In this document: positions 35,010 through 47,453 of the stretch, in pieces
How the letters are laid out: the number at the start of each line of letters is the position of its first letter
How positions within the stretch are numbered: the stretch's first letter is position 1
Translations under genes and position numbers: made by a program
Source of the DNA: Scyliorhinus canicula
Taxonomy: Eukaryota
Direction: 5' to 3'
Length of the DNA stretch: 64,000 bases
Assembly (NCBI RefSeq): GCF_902713615.1
Contig: NW_024055494.1
Location: 295,519-359,518 of the forward strand
The notes under the pieces: generated by a model
Told to the model about the DNA's origin: nothing
Databases searched by the model: none
The model's input: the letters and a program-made list of their open reading frames with translations, nothing else

Positions 35010-35305
35010 GCGGCACAGTAGCACAGTGGGTAGCACTGTTGATTCACAGCACCTGGGACCCGGGTTCAATATCCGTCTTGGTCATTGTGCAGAGTCTGCA
35101 AGTTCTCCCCGTGTCTGCGTGGGTTTCGTTCGGGTGACCCGCTTTCCTCCCACAGTCCAAAGATGTGCAGGTTAGGTGGATTGACTGTGCTAAATTGCCC
35201 TTGGTGTCCAAAAAGGTTAGGTGGGGTTGCGGGGATAGGGTGGAGGCATGGGCTTAAGTAGACTGCTCTTTCCCAGGGCTGGTACAGACTCAATTCTCGG
35301 ATTCT
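35010..35305 (+). mobile_element. HE1 SINE
   Basis: GGGCGGCACAGTAGCACAGTGG head and CCACAGTCCAAAGATGTGCAGGTTAGGTGG core. Confidence 0.85.
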
Positions 35306-37179
35306 ATAAAGTGGGATTGTCCTTTCTGAGCTCCAGCCAGGTGATGTTAAACACTCAGGTGGGAAAGACAAAAATCTACAACGTGTTTAAAACAGCTGAT
35401 TTGTTTCACCAATATCATTCTAGGATGTTAAACTTCAGTCCCTTCGAGGTTATTTTCATCAGAAACAATCTCCAACTATCAGAGTAAAAACCTCAAAGTT
35501 CTGGTACAGATAGAGGCCATTTGGCCCATTGTGTGTGTGCTGGCTGAAGTGGAGCTATTCAGCTTAATCCCATTTTGCAGATCTCAGTCGATTGTCCTGT
35601 ATGTCCCAGTCCTTCAATTGGATATCCAAGACATTAATTTTAAAGTGATCAGGATTTCTGTTTCTGTGACGCTATCAGACAGCGAGTTCTAGACTCCCAC
35701 CACTGAAATGATTTCCCCCTTCCAGTCGCAATGCTCTGCTAATTACTTTAAATCTAAACCCCTTGATTATTGATCTGTTAATGAAATAGATCCTTCTTAT
35801 CCATTCTATCCGGGCCCTCAGAATGTTAAACACCTCAGTTAATCTCTCCTCAGCATTCTCTGTTCCACAGAAAACCACCTCGGCCTCTCCAATCTTTCCT
35901 CATTGTTAAAATTCTCCATTTGTGTCGGCATGCTGGTCAATCTCCTCTGCATTCTCTTTGGGATGAACACATACTTCCTGTAATGTGGTGCCCAGAGCTG
36001 TACTCAGTAATGTAGCTGTGGTTTAACTAGTGTTTGGACAGCTCCAGTATAACCTCCCTGATCTTATAATAAACACAGAAAATGCTGGACATACTCAGCA
36101 GCTCTGGCAGCATCTGTGGAGAGATGGGTTTCAGGTCTTTCCTCCAATAGAAATTGCTGGGAATATTCCCTGCTCTAGTATTCTGTCCCCGTGAATAACA
36201 AAGTATCCTCTCTGCCTTCACAATCACCGTATCTATCTCTCCTGTCACCTTCAGGGATCTGTGGACATGCACTCTAACGCCCCTTTTTCCCTCTCACCTC
36301 ACTATCATACCATTCATATTCTTTCCCTTTGCCGTGTTTGTCCACCACAAATGTATTTCTTATCCCGCGCTTCTCTGGATTGACCTGTTTGCTACTTTTC
36401 TGGCCCGCTGATCAGTCTATTGATGTCTTCCTGTAGTCATTACAGCCTTGGTTCAAACATGGACAAAAGCGCTGAATGCCAGAGGTGAGGTGAGAGTGTC
36501 TGCCCTGGACATCAAGGCAGCACTTGACCGAGTATGGCATCCAGGAGCCCCAGCTAATCTGGAGTCAATGGGAATCGGTGAAAACTCTCCGCTGGTTGGA
36601 GTCGTACCTGGCACAAAGAAAGATGGTTGTGGTGGTTGGAGGCCAACCATTTCAGCTCCAGGACATCACTGCAGGCATTCCTCAGGGTAGTGTCTTCGGC
36701 CCAACCATCTTCAGCTGCTTCATCAATGACCTGCCTTCATCATAAGGTCAGAAGTGGGGATGTTTGCGGATGACTGCACAGTGTTCAGAATCATTCGCCA
36801 ACCCTGAGATAATGAAGCCGTCCATGTCCAAATGCAGCAAGACCTGGACAATATCCAGGCTTGGGCTGAGAAGTGGCAAGTTACATTCGTGCCACACAAG
36901 TGTCAGGCAATCACCATATCTTCCAAGAGAGGATCTAACCATCGTCCCTTGACATTGAATGATATTACCATTGCTGAATTCCTCACAATCAACATCCTGG
37001 GGGGTGCCATTGATCAATACTGTGGATGAGCCATATTAATACTGTGGTTACCAGGAAAGGTCAAAGACTAGGAATCCTACGAAGGGTAACTCATCTCCTG
37101 AACCCACCCCCCCCCTTCCCTCCCCCCCCCCCCCCCCCCCTCTCAAAGCCTGTCCACCATCTGCAATGCACAAGTCAGA

Positions 37180-40100
37180 ACCAGTGTTCTAGCGAAGAGG
37201 ATAAATAGGGTGGTCAGTAGGACTTTAAACTTCTGAGTTGGGGGGAAGGGAAAGTGAAAGCGACAGGGAGCAGGGAGTTAAATGGCAAGATACGCAGGAG
37301 GATAACATGTAGGCAGGTGGATTTAAGCTTGAGGCAGACTAGGAATGCAACAAAAAGGAAGGATAACTTTGGACATCTTAGGACTTCCAATATCTGTACT
37401 GATAAGAAAGTTAACATTAAGGCACTTTACCTGAATGCTCGTAGCATTTGTAACAAAGTAGATGAACTAATGGCACAGATCATCGTGAATGATTATGATG
37501 TGGTAGGCATCACAGAGACATGGCTGCAGGGGGTTCAGGACTGGCAGTTAAACATCCAAGGATATACAACCTATCGAAAAGACAGGGAGGTGGGCCGAGG
37601 GGGTGGGGTTGCCTTGTTAGTTAAGAACAAAATTAAATCTATGGCACTAAACGACATAGGGTCGGATGATGTGGAGTCTGTGTGGGTAGAATTGAGGAAC
37701 CACAAAGGCAAAAAAACCATAATGGGAGTTATGTACAGACCGCCTAACAGTGGTCAGGACCAGGGGCGCAACATGTACCGGGAAATAGAAAAGGCATGTC
37801 AGAAAGGCAAGGTCACAGTGATCATGGGGGACTTCAATATGCAGGTGGATTGGGTAAATAATGTAGCCAGTGGATCCAAAGAAAAGGAATTCATGGAATG
37901 CTTACAAGATGGCTTTTTGGAACAGCTTGTCATGGAGCCCACAAGGGAGCAGGCTATTCTGGACCTAGTGCTATGTAATGAACCAGACTTTATTAAAGAT
38001 CTTAAAGTAAGGGAACACTTAGGAAGCAGCGATCATAATATGGTTGAGTTCAGTCTGCAGTTTGAAAGAGAGAAGGCAAAATCGGATGTAATGGTGTTAC
38101 AGTTAAATAAAGGTAATTACGAGGGCATGAGAGAGGAACTGGTGAAAATCAACTGGAAGCAGACCCTAGCAGGGAAGACAGTAGAGCAAAAATGGCAGGA
38201 GTTTGTATGCATAATTGAGGACACTGTACAGAGGTTCATCCCCAAGAAAAGAAAGATTATCCAGGGAGGGATTAGACAGCCATGGCTGACAAAGGAGGTC
38301 AGGAAATGTATCAAAGAAAAAGAGAGATCCTATAAAGTGGCCAAAAGCACCGGGAAATCAGAAGATTGGGAAGGCTACAAAAACAAACAGAGGTTAACAA
38401 AGAGACAAATAAGGAAGGAGAGGATCAAATATGAAGGCAGGCTAGCCCGTAATATAAGAAATGATAGTAAAAGTTTCTTTCAATACATAAGAAACAAACG
38501 TCAGGCCAAAGTAGACATTGGGCCAATTCAAACTGATTCTGGAAGGCTAGTGATGGGAGATGAGGAAATGGCTGGAGAACTTAATAAGTACTTTGCGTCT
38601 GTCTTCACAGTGGAAGACGTTAGTAATATCCCAAAAATTATAAAGGGTCAGGGGGCTGAGTTGAGTATGGTTGCCATTACAAAAGAGATGGTGCTAAAAA
38701 AGCTAAAAGGTCTTAAAATTGACAAATCTCCTGGCCCCGATGGGCTACATCCTAGAGTTCTGAGGGAGGTGGCTGAAGAAATAGCGGAAGCGTTGGTTGA
38801 GATCTTTCAAAAATCACTGGAGTCAGGGAAAGTCCCGGACGATTGGAAGATCGCTGTTGTAACCCCCTTGTTCAAGAAAGGATCAAGACAAAAGATGGAA
38901 AATTATAGGCCAATTAGCCTAACCTCGGTTGTTGGTAAAATTCTAGAATCGATCGTTAAGGATGAGATTTCTAATTTCTTGGAAGAGCAGGGTCGGATTA
39001 GAACAAGTCAACATGGATTTAGTAAGGGGAGGTCGTGCCTGACGAACCTGTTAGAATTCTTTGAGGAGGTGACAAGTAGGTTAGACCAGGGAAACCCAGT
39101 GGATGTGGTCTATCTGGATTTCCAAAAGGCCTTTGATAAGGTGCCACACAGGAGGCTGCTGAGTAAGGTGAGGGCCCATGGTGTTCGAGGTGAGCTACTG
39201 GCATGGGTTGAGGATTGGCTGTCTGACAGAAGGCAGAGAGTTGGGATAAAAGGTTCTTTTTCGGAATGGCAGCCGGTGACCAGCGGTGTCCCACAGGGTT
39301 CAGTGTTGGGGCCGCAGCTGTTCACCATATATATTAATGATCTGGATGAAGGGACTGGGGGCATTCTAGCGAAGTTTGCTGATGATACGAAGTTAGGTGG
39401 TCAGGCAGGTAGTGCTGAGGAAGTGGGGAGGCTGCAGAAGGATCTAGACAGTTTGGGAGAGTGGTGCAGGAAATGGCTGATGCATTTCAACGTGAGAAAA
39501 TGTGAGGTCTTGCACTTTGGAAAAAAGAATCCAAGCATAGACTACTTTCTAAACGGTGAGAAAATTCATAATGCCAAAGTACAAAGGGATCTGGGAGTGC
39601 TAGTCGAGGATTCCCTAAAGGTAAACATGCAGGTTGAATCCGTGATTAAGAAAGCGAATGCTATGTTGTCATTTATCTCAAGAGGGTTGGAATATAAAAG
39701 CAGCGATGTGCTACTGAGCCTTTATAAGGCTCTGGTTAGGCCTCATTTGGAGTACTGTGTCCAGTTTTGGGCCCCACATCTCAGGAAGGACATACTGGCA
39801 CTGGAGCGTGTCCAGCGGAGATTCACATGGATGATCCCTGGAATGGCGGGTCTAGCATATGAGGAACGGCTGGCGTTCCTGGGATTGTATTCATTGGAGT
39901 TCAGAAGGTTAAGGGGAGATCTAATAGAAACTTACAAGATAATACATGGCTTAGAAAGGATGGACGCAAAGAAACTGTTTCCGTTAGGCGAGGAGTCGAG
40001 GACCCGTGGGCACAGCCTTAGAATTAGAGGGGGTAAATTCAAAACAGAAATGCGGAGACATTTCTTCAGCCAGAGAGTGGTGGGCCTGTGGAATTCATTG

Positions 40101-40305
40101 CCGCAGAGTGCAGTGGAGGCCGGGACGCTAAATGGCTTCAAGGCAGAGATAGATAAATTCTTGATGTCGCGAGGAATTAAGGGCTATGGGGAGAATGCTG
40201 GGAGGTGGAGTTGAAATGCCCATCAGCCATGATTGAATGGCGGAGTGGACTCGATGGGCCGAATGGCCTTACTTCCACTCCTATGTCTTATGGTCTTATG
40301 GTCTT
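37180..40305 (+). mobile_element. CR1 (HER1-like) LINE, 5'-truncated at the end of ORF1
   Basis: ORF1 C-terminal remnant TSVLAKRINRVVSRTLNF* (37180-37236), full ORF2, and a 3' tail GATGGGCCGAATGGCCT ending in (TATGGTCT)n. Confidence 0.93.
37254..40214 (+). CDS. CR1 ORF2: APE endonuclease plus reverse transcriptase, uninterrupted 986 aa
   Basis: YLNARS, ITETWL, GGGV, YRPP, GDFN, SDH (EN); YLDFQKAFDKV, GVPQGSVLGP, FADD (RT). The track start is a GTG and the true start is uncertain. Confidence 0.96.
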   Translation: MKATGSRELNGKIRRRITCRQVDLSLRQTRNATKRKDNFGHLRTSNICTDKKVNIKALYLNARSICNKVDELMAQIIVNDYDVVGITETWLQGVQDWQLNIQGYTTYRKDREVGRGGGVALLVKNKIKSMALNDIGSDDVESVWVELRNHKGKKTIMGVMYRPPNSGQDQGRNMYREIEKACQKGKVTVIMGDFNMQVDWVNNVASGSKEKEFMECLQDGFLEQLVMEPTREQAILDLVLCNEPDFIKDLKVREHLGSSDHNMVEFSLQFEREKAKSDVMVLQLNKGNYEGMREELVKINWKQTLAGKTVEQKWQEFVCIIEDTVQRFIPKKRKIIQGGIRQPWLTKEVRKCIKEKERSYKVAKSTGKSEDWEGYKNKQRLTKRQIRKERIKYEGRLARNIRNDSKSFFQYIRNKRQAKVDIGPIQTDSGRLVMGDEEMAGELNKYFASVFTVEDVSNIPKIIKGQGAELSMVAITKEMVLKKLKGLKIDKSPGPDGLHPRVLREVAEEIAEALVEIFQKSLESGKVPDDWKIAVVTPLFKKGSRQKMENYRPISLTSVVGKILESIVKDEISNFLEEQGRIRTSQHGFSKGRSCLTNLLEFFEEVTSRLDQGNPVDVVYLDFQKAFDKVPHRRLLSKVRAHGVRGELLAWVEDWLSDRRQRVGIKGSFSEWQPVTSGVPQGSVLGPQLFTIYINDLDEGTGGILAKFADDTKLGGQAGSAEEVGRLQKDLDSLGEWCRKWLMHFNVRKCEVLHFGKKNPSIDYFLNGEKIHNAKVQRDLGVLVEDSLKVNMQVESVIKKANAMLSFISRGLEYKSSDVLLSLYKALVRPHLEYCVQFWAPHLRKDILALERVQRRFTWMIPGMAGLAYEERLAFLGLYSLEFRRLRGDLIETYKIIHGLERMDAKKLFPLGEESRTRGHSLRIRGGKFKTEMRRHFFSQRVVGLWNSLPQSAVEAGTLNGFKAEIDKFLMSRGIKGYGENAGRWS

Positions 40306-41254
40306 ATAATGGAATACTCTCCAGTTGCCTGGATGAGTGCAGCTCCAACAACACTCAAGAAGCTCAACAGCATCCAGGACAAAGCAGCCCGCTTGATTGC
40401 TCCCCCTTCCACAAACATTCAAACCATCTATCACCGACGAACAGTGGCAGCCGTGTGTACCGTCTACAAGATGCACTGCAGTAACTCAACAATGTTCCTT
40501 ATTCAGTACCTTCTAAACCCATGACCACCGCCATCTCGAAGGCCAAGAGTAGTAGATCACTGGGAACCCCACCAGCTGGAGGCTCCCCTCCAAGTCACTC
40601 ACCACCCCGACGGGGAAATATATCACCGTTCCTTCGCTGTCACTGGGATAAAATCCTGGAACTCTCTCCCTAACAGCACAGTGGGTGTACCTACACCTGA
40701 AGGACTGCAGCGGTTCAAGAAGGAAACTCCCCACCACGTTCTGAAGGGCATCTAGGGATGGGCAATAAATGCTGGCCTAACCAGTGAAGCCCACATCCCA
40801 TAAATGAATAATAAAAGTCTGCAGCTTTCTTTCTCACTGCGAAAAAGAGGACCGTAAATTACTTAATCCTGTCCCCATGTTAAAGTCTAAAGCATTGATA
40901 TAGAACTCTAGAAGCATGGAATCGTGTCCTGGGAAATCTAGAATCCCACTGGAAATACTCCACCAATCACCAACATACCTCTCGACCACTGCCCTTTGCT
41001 TCCTGCTGCTCCAGCTGATGTCACTTCCTGCACTTGTGATTGTTCTGGACATGAGAAGTATCCTGGTTTTCCCACGTGGAGCAGGACTGGAATCCCCGGC
41101 CAGGTCTTTAATTATTTGATTATTTGACTTAAGCAAAATAAATTTAAGATTAAAATAAATAAAGATTCATCAGCTTCTCACCAATCAGTTTCTTCCGTTG
41201 AGCTGAAGTCACCTTTTATCCGGAATTAACTGAAATGTTTTTGATAATTGTTTT

Positions 41255-41476
41255 TTTTAAATAAATTTAAAGTACCCAATTCTTTTTTTTCCAATTAAGG
41301 GACAATTTTGCATGACTAATTCACCGACCCTGCTCATCTTTGGGTTGTAGGGTAAGACACACGCAGACACAGGGAGAATGTGCAAACTCCACTCGGACAG
41401 TGATCCGGGCCGGGAACGAAACCAGGTCCTCAGCGCCTTCAGGCAGCAGTGCTAACCAGTGTGCCATCATGCCACC
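41255..41476 (-). mobile_element. Short A-tailed HE1-type SINE with ~16-bp TSD
   Basis: GTTTTTG(A/T)TAATTGTT on both flanks. Confidence 0.85.
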
Positions 41477-41702
41477 CGTTTTTGTTAATTGTTAATATCT
41501 AAACATCTCAAATGATTAATTGACTGAAAAATTCAGATGTCTTTATTCTTACAATGCCAACTTCATCTTTATCCCCTGGATTTGATTAACGGACCACAAA
41601 CTGTAATTCTGTGAACGATGACTAGATTATTTCAGTTTTGCGATAATTAATGAATTGTCTCACTTTATAATTGATGAATGCAGTGACCAGGATGTGTTCT
41701 CC

Positions 41703-42242
41703 TCAGGACTGGGATGGCCTGTCATTGCCACAGGACTGGGATGCCCAGTCATTGCCACAGGACTGGGATGCCCAGTCATTGCCACAGGACTGGGATGCCC
41801 TGTCATTGCCACAGGTCTGGGATGCCCTGTCATTGCCACAGGACTGGGATGGCCTGTCATTGCCACAGGACTGGGATGGCCTGTCATTGCCACAGGACTG
41901 GGATGGCCTGTCATTGCCAAGGGACTGGGATGGCCTGTCATTGCCATAGGACTGGGATGGCCTGTCATTGCCACAGGACTGGGATGCCCTGTCATTGCCA
42001 CAGGACTGGGATGGCCTGTCATTGCCAAGGGACTGGGATGGCCTGTCATTGCCACAGGACTGGGATGGCCTGTCATTGCCACAGGACTGGGATGGTCTGT
42101 CATTGCCACAGGACTGGGATGGCCTGTCATTGCCAAGGGACTGGGGTGGCCTGTCATTGCCACAGGACTGGGATGCCCTGTCATTGCCACAGGACTGGGA
42201 TGCCCTGTCATTGCCATGGGACTGGGATGGCCTGTCATTGCC
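41703..42242 (+). repeat. 27-bp minisatellite, ~20 copies (GCCTGTCATTGCCACAGGACTGGGATG)
   Basis: Direct tandem units give a 9-aa period in all six frames. Confidence 0.97.
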
Positions 42243-42814
42243 TTTATTTATTCCATTATTAACTGACTGAAGCAACAATAAATTGGAGGTTAAAATAAAT
42301 AAAGATTCATCAGCCACTCACCAATCAGCTCGTTCCATTTCCCTGAAGTCACATTTATTTATAATCTAATAATCTAGGAATTAACTGAAATTATTTTCTT
42401 CATTCTTATTACGTAAACAGATTGGATTTTAACTTACTGAAGAATTCAGACTTTTTCACTGCTCCAATCACTTGTCATTCAGCTTCAACTTTATCCTCTT
42501 GATTTGATCAACAGAACACTAACTGCAATTGTATAAATAATCACATTGATTCAGGTTTATACTAATTAATGAATCATGACTCAGTACATTAATGCAGTGA
42601 CCAGAATGCTTCTCGCATAATCTCCTTGCTCTTATATTCCAGGCCTCGTCTAAGAAAGGATTCTTGGCTGCCTGATCACTCTATCCAGCTACCTGCGGAT
42701 AGGGACTCCAATGCCTCTCTGTTGCTCTATGTTCTCAGTATAATTCTATTCATAGTTCATTCCCTTGACTTGTTTTCACTCTGAAATTCATTATCTCTCA
42801 TTGTTTGCAGCACA

Positions 42815-43110
42815 GCAGTTAATACTGATTACAGCGCCAGGGTCCCAGGTTCGATTCCCAGCTTCGGTCACTGGTCTGTGCGGAGTCTGCATATTCTCTC
42901 TGTAGCTGTCTGGGTTTCCTCCAGGTGCTCCAGTTTCCACCCATAATTCCTGAAAGACATGCTTGTGAGGTGAATTGGACATTCTGAACTCTCCATCTGT
43001 GTACCTGAACAGGCACCAGAATGTGGCGACTAGGGGATTTTCACAGTCACTTCATTGCACTGTTGACGTTAGCCTACTTATAAAAATTCAATAATAAAGA
43101 CTATTATTAA
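42815..43110 (+). mobile_element. HE1-related SINE
   Basis: GCAGCACAGC...GGTTCGATTCCC head and GTGGCGACTAGGGG tail. Confidence 0.75.
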
Positions 43111-43139
43111 ATTGAATTCCGGGGCGGCAGGTTGGCGCA

Positions 43140-45305
43140 TTGGGGTATGTGGAACATTCCTTGTTCCAGGCCTACCCGGGTCCCCTCCCATAACCCCTTT
43201 ACCGGTACATTGATGACTATTTTGGTGCTGATTTATGCTGTCGTCCGGAACTGGAAAAATTCATCAACTTTGCTTCCAGTTTCCACCGCTTCATCACTTT
43301 CAACTGGTCCATCTTAGACTCCTCCCCTCTCTTCCCTTCCTTGACCTTGCTAGCTCCATTTCTGGCAATAGACTATCTACTAATATCTATTACAATCCCA
43401 CTGACTCCCACAGCTATCTTCGCACCCTACACCCTGTAAGGACTCCCTCCCTTTCTCTCAGCTCCTCCGCCTCTGTCGCATTTGTTCCGATGATGCCACT
43501 TACCAAAGTGGTGCTTCAAATGTGTTCCTTCTTCCTCAACCATGATTCATCACCTACAGCTGTAGACAGGGCCCTCAACACTGCACGGTCCATCTCCCAC
43601 ACCACTACCCTCACCCCGTCCCCTCCCTCCAAGAACAAGGATAGAATCCCCCTCATTCTCACATTTCACCCCACCAGCCTCCGTATGCAAAGCATAATCC
43701 TCTGCCATTTTCACCAACTTCAACATGATGTCACCACCAAACACGTATTCCCTTCACTCCCTCTGTCAGCAGTCCACAAAGACCATTCCCTCCAAGATAA
43801 TCTAGTCCACTGCTCCACAATACCCAACACCTCTCCCATCACCTATGGCACCTTCCCGTGCAATCGCAGAAGATGCAACACCTGCCCTTTTACCTCTTCT
43901 ATGCTTAACATCCCAGGCCCAAAACATTAATTCCAGGTTTAAGCAGCGTTTCACATGCACCTCTTTCAATTTGGTCTATTGCATTCACTGCTTCCAATGT
44001 GGTCTCCTCTATGTCAGAGAGACCAAACGTAGATCTTCGCTCTGTGCGCATTCAGGTCCCTGACCTTTCCGTTGATTGCCATTTTAACACAGGACCGTGT
44101 TCCCATGCCCACATGCCTGTCCTTGGCCTGCTGCAATGTTCCAGTGAAGCTCAAAGCAAACTGGAGGAACAGCATCTCATCTTCCGGTTGGGCACGCTAC
44201 AGCCTTCCGGTCTCAACATTGAATTCAACAACTTCAGATGATTAGCTCGAGCCCACCTTGACCCCTTCATTTTCATTCCATTTTATTTGAACTGTCTTTT
44301 ACCTTTTATTTCTTTGTCTTTCTTTACATATATTTCCCCCCACTCTGTCCCACTATCTGATCCCCCCTTTCCCGTTGTTACCAGACTCCTAAACGACCCT
44401 CTTATGGACTGACCTCAGTAACACTACACCCCTGTATGCTTCGTCCGATGCCGGTGTTTATATAGTTACATTGAAAAATAAAAATTGCTTATTGTCACGA
44501 GTAGGCTTCAATGAAGTTACTGTGAAAAGCCCCTAGTCGCCACATTCCGGCGCCTGTCCGGGGAGGCTGGTACGGGAACTTGTGTACCTTATGTTACCGT
44601 ATTATGTATTTTCTTTTATTTCCTTTTCTTTTCATGTACTTAATGATCTGTTGAGCTGCTCGCAGAAAAATACTTTTCACTGTACTTTGGTACACGTGAC
44701 AATATACCTGACTAACCTTTTGGACACTAAGGGGTAATTTAGGATAACCAAAGGGGCAGCAGGGTAGCATGGTGGTTAGCATAAATGCTTCACAGCTCCA
44801 GGGTTCCAGGTTCGATTCCCGGCAGGGTCACTGTCTGTGTGGAGTCTGCACGTCCTCCCCCTGTGTGCGTGGGTTTTCTCAGGGTGCTCCGGTTTCCTCC
44901 CACAGTCCAAAGATGTGCGGGTTAGGTGGATTGGCCATGCTAAATTGCCCGTAGTGTCCTAATAAAAAAAGTAAGGTTAAGGAGGGGTTGTTGGGTTACG
45001 GGTATAGGGTGGATACGTGGGTTTGAGTATGGCTCGGCACAACATTGAGGGCCGAAGGGCCTGTTCTGTGCTGTACTGTTCTATGTTCTATTTTAGCTCT
45101 CTTTTCCCTTGGTTTCTGTGGCTATGACTAATCTTTCATTCGCTACCCTACAGTATAAGTATCTCCCACTTTCAACGGCTTTTAGCTTTGACAAAGGGGC
45201 ATCTGGGCTCTTTCTTCTCCTTACAGATGCTGCCAGACCTGCTGAGATTTTCCAACATTTTCTCTTTTAGTTTCAGATTCCAGCATCCGCAGCAATTTGC
45301 TTTTG
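43140..45305 (+). mobile_element. Decayed Penelope-like element (RT C-terminus, GIY-YIG endonuclease, 3' UTR with SINE insertions at ~44400-45085)
   Basis: YIDD at 43206-43217, PLILTFHP, GTFPCNRRRCNTC, LVYCIHC..CGLLYV.ETKR, LEEQHLIFRLGTLQPSGLNIEFNNFR; frameshifted. Confidence 0.85.
44755..45085 (+). mobile_element. HE1 SINE
   Basis: Typical head and core, tail GAGGGCCGAAGGGCCTGTTCTGTGCTG. Confidence 0.85.
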
Positions 45306-45469
45306 CAAATCACTTTGGGAAATAGAACATAACACAACACCCATTTGCACGAATTTGTGTTTTATTTCAACGAGGTAACAAAATATATTTTCTGCTGCCT
45401 ATTTGGAGTTTCAACGATGCTGTTATTACCCAACATACCCAGCGTTTGTGAATCTGCCCTGATCACGCC

Positions 45470-45800
45470 CCAGGAGCCTAGTACGCAGGCGCAGTGTTAT
45501 ATATAGAGCATGCGCAGTTTCACTTTGCTCGGAGTCCTGCGAGCACATGAGGTTTTTTTCGGCAGGTGAGGGTCGCTGGGGCGGAGGGAGGAATTGAGTC
45601 GGGAATTGGGGTGGACAGCGAGCGGAGGCTTCATAAACACCTGGTGCAGGTTGCAAGCCCCGACAGGAGCCTGCCGGTCCCCTGCTTTCTGTTCCAGGGC
45701 GTTTTCCCGGGAACAGGCCCGGGTTAATTGCCGCCATCTTGTTTGGGCGGGCAGCGAAGCGCATGCGCGGATTCGGCCGGACGAGTGGGCGGGGCCTCAG
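45470..45800 (+). promoter_or_regulatory. CpG-rich promoter/non-coding exon 1 of ZNF gene 2
   Basis: NRF1-like GCATGCGCA, donor CAG|GTGAGG at 45566, YY1-like GCCGCCATCTTG at 45730; same layout as 27760-28150. Confidence 0.75.
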
Positions 45801-46029
45801 GTTCCCAGTGACCCGGATGGTGACAACAATCCAAACAAAACAGCTGGAGGACATTCCACGGAGCTGACTGGGTGGGAGGAGGTCTGAAGGTTCAAATTAG
45901 AGCAAAATACTGCGGATGCTGGAAATTGGAAGTAAAGACATAAAATGTGGATGAATGAGCGGGTCTTTCAGCTTCTGCGGAGAGAAATAGTTAATGTTTC
46001 GGATCTAAATGATCACAGCCGCAGGGACT

Positions 46030-47060
46030 GAGTATGCAGAGGGGAGGTTGGGGAAAGTAGATTGTTAGTGAGCAGGGGTAGTTGGAGTGAGTGGGGAAGG
46101 AGGTCTGAAGAGAGGAACCTGAGTGAGATGGGGGGGGGGGGGGTTTGAGAGAAGGGCTTCTGACTGAGTTGGGGGAGGAGGTTTGATGAGAGTGACCTGA
46201 GTGGGCAATGGTAGTTAGGCTTCTGTCTGTCAAGGGACGGGATATTGACAGAGTTTTTGTGTTTATATGTTGGGAACCAGCATGGAGTGTCTGGGAGCAG
46301 CCTAAGGTCCAAGAGAGCTCTGTGCACACTGTTGGTGGGGAGAACAGGCAGAGTGTAAGTCAAATATTTTATATCTGGAATGTTGCAAGGGCATATTTTT
46401 GGTTTTGGACAACTCTTGGGCCTCCTTCACCATGTAAATGGTGTGCACTTGATACCCCTGATAAACCCACATGTCTCCAGTTTCCACAATCTTCACTCTC
46501 AACAGGTTTCACCCTTCCCCCATCAATGGTTTTGTCATCAACATCTCCCTCCATACCCTCCCCCCTCACAAGATGTCCCCTTTTCTCCAGTGGATTTGGT
46601 CACTCCTGGTGTTGGGTGAACAGGTATTAGTGTGAATCTGCATACAAGCAGCAGATTTTGACATGACCTTGTGTGGTGTTGAATCTGAGAGGTTGGCAAG
46701 GGGATAATTAGAGTCGTCAAGGTTTGAGGTGACAAAGGAATGAATGAATTTCAGTAGCAGATGAGATGAGGCAGCAGCAACTCTGGACAAGGTTACTGAG
46801 TTGGAAATAGACAGTCTTTGCGATGTGTCATCAAAAAAACAGTTTGGGATGAAATTTGACAACCAGATTATGAACAGATTGGTTCAGCCTCAAAGAGTTG
46901 CAATAGATATAGGAGCTAGGGAATGGGATATGTAACACAAACTGAAGATGATTGCTTTCCTCGTCCTGATATTTAGATGGAGAACATTTCTGCTTATCCA
47001 GTAATGAGTCAGATAATTTGGGATGTTTCCGGATTTGGAGGGACACTTGGAGATGATAGT
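46030..47060 (-). mobile_element. Decayed L2 LINE fragments
   Basis: Minus frame FVTSNLDDSNYPLANL resembles L2 FVTSRLDYSN.LLAGL. Confidence 0.6.
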
Positions 47061-47453
47061 GGAGGTTAAGGGTTTTGGACGTCACATGAAAGCTCTGGTC
47101 GAGTTTTAGATAAAATCCTCTCCTTCAAGCCTTCCCACCTCCCTCTTCCTCTCTCCCCCAGATTGGGGGGTGTAGGCCCAGATCAGGTGGCAGCTTCCCT
47201 TCCCGAAAGGACATTGGTGAACCAGTTGTTTTTTATGACAATTCAGCAGTTTTCATGGTCACATTTCCAAGTGTCAGTCCCACAAATGACCGGATTCATC
47301 CAACTCCATTTCACAAGCTGCCTTTGTGTTTATCACTCTCTTTTTCTCCTCTTTGAATTCATTTTTCAGGATATTGGAAGGGTAATTTGTCAATATCACA
47401 TCAGGATGTAACAGTCACTCGACTCATCAGAGCCAAACCATCAGCTTTTGAAC

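Larger units (their letters stand above)
36415..40815 (+). mobile_element. Older CR1/L2-group LINE 3' fragment, split by the intact CR1
   Basis: Left part has GIPQGSVFGP, FAD-like and MQQDLDNIQAWAEKWQV. Right part resumes at ~40306 with MEYSPVAWMSAAPTTLKKL and ends in TAGGGATGGGCAATAAATGCTGGCCT. Confidence 0.85.

Noticed and set aside
41655-42317. ORFs in all six frames with 9-aa periodicity
   Set aside because: Artefact of the 27-bp minisatellite.
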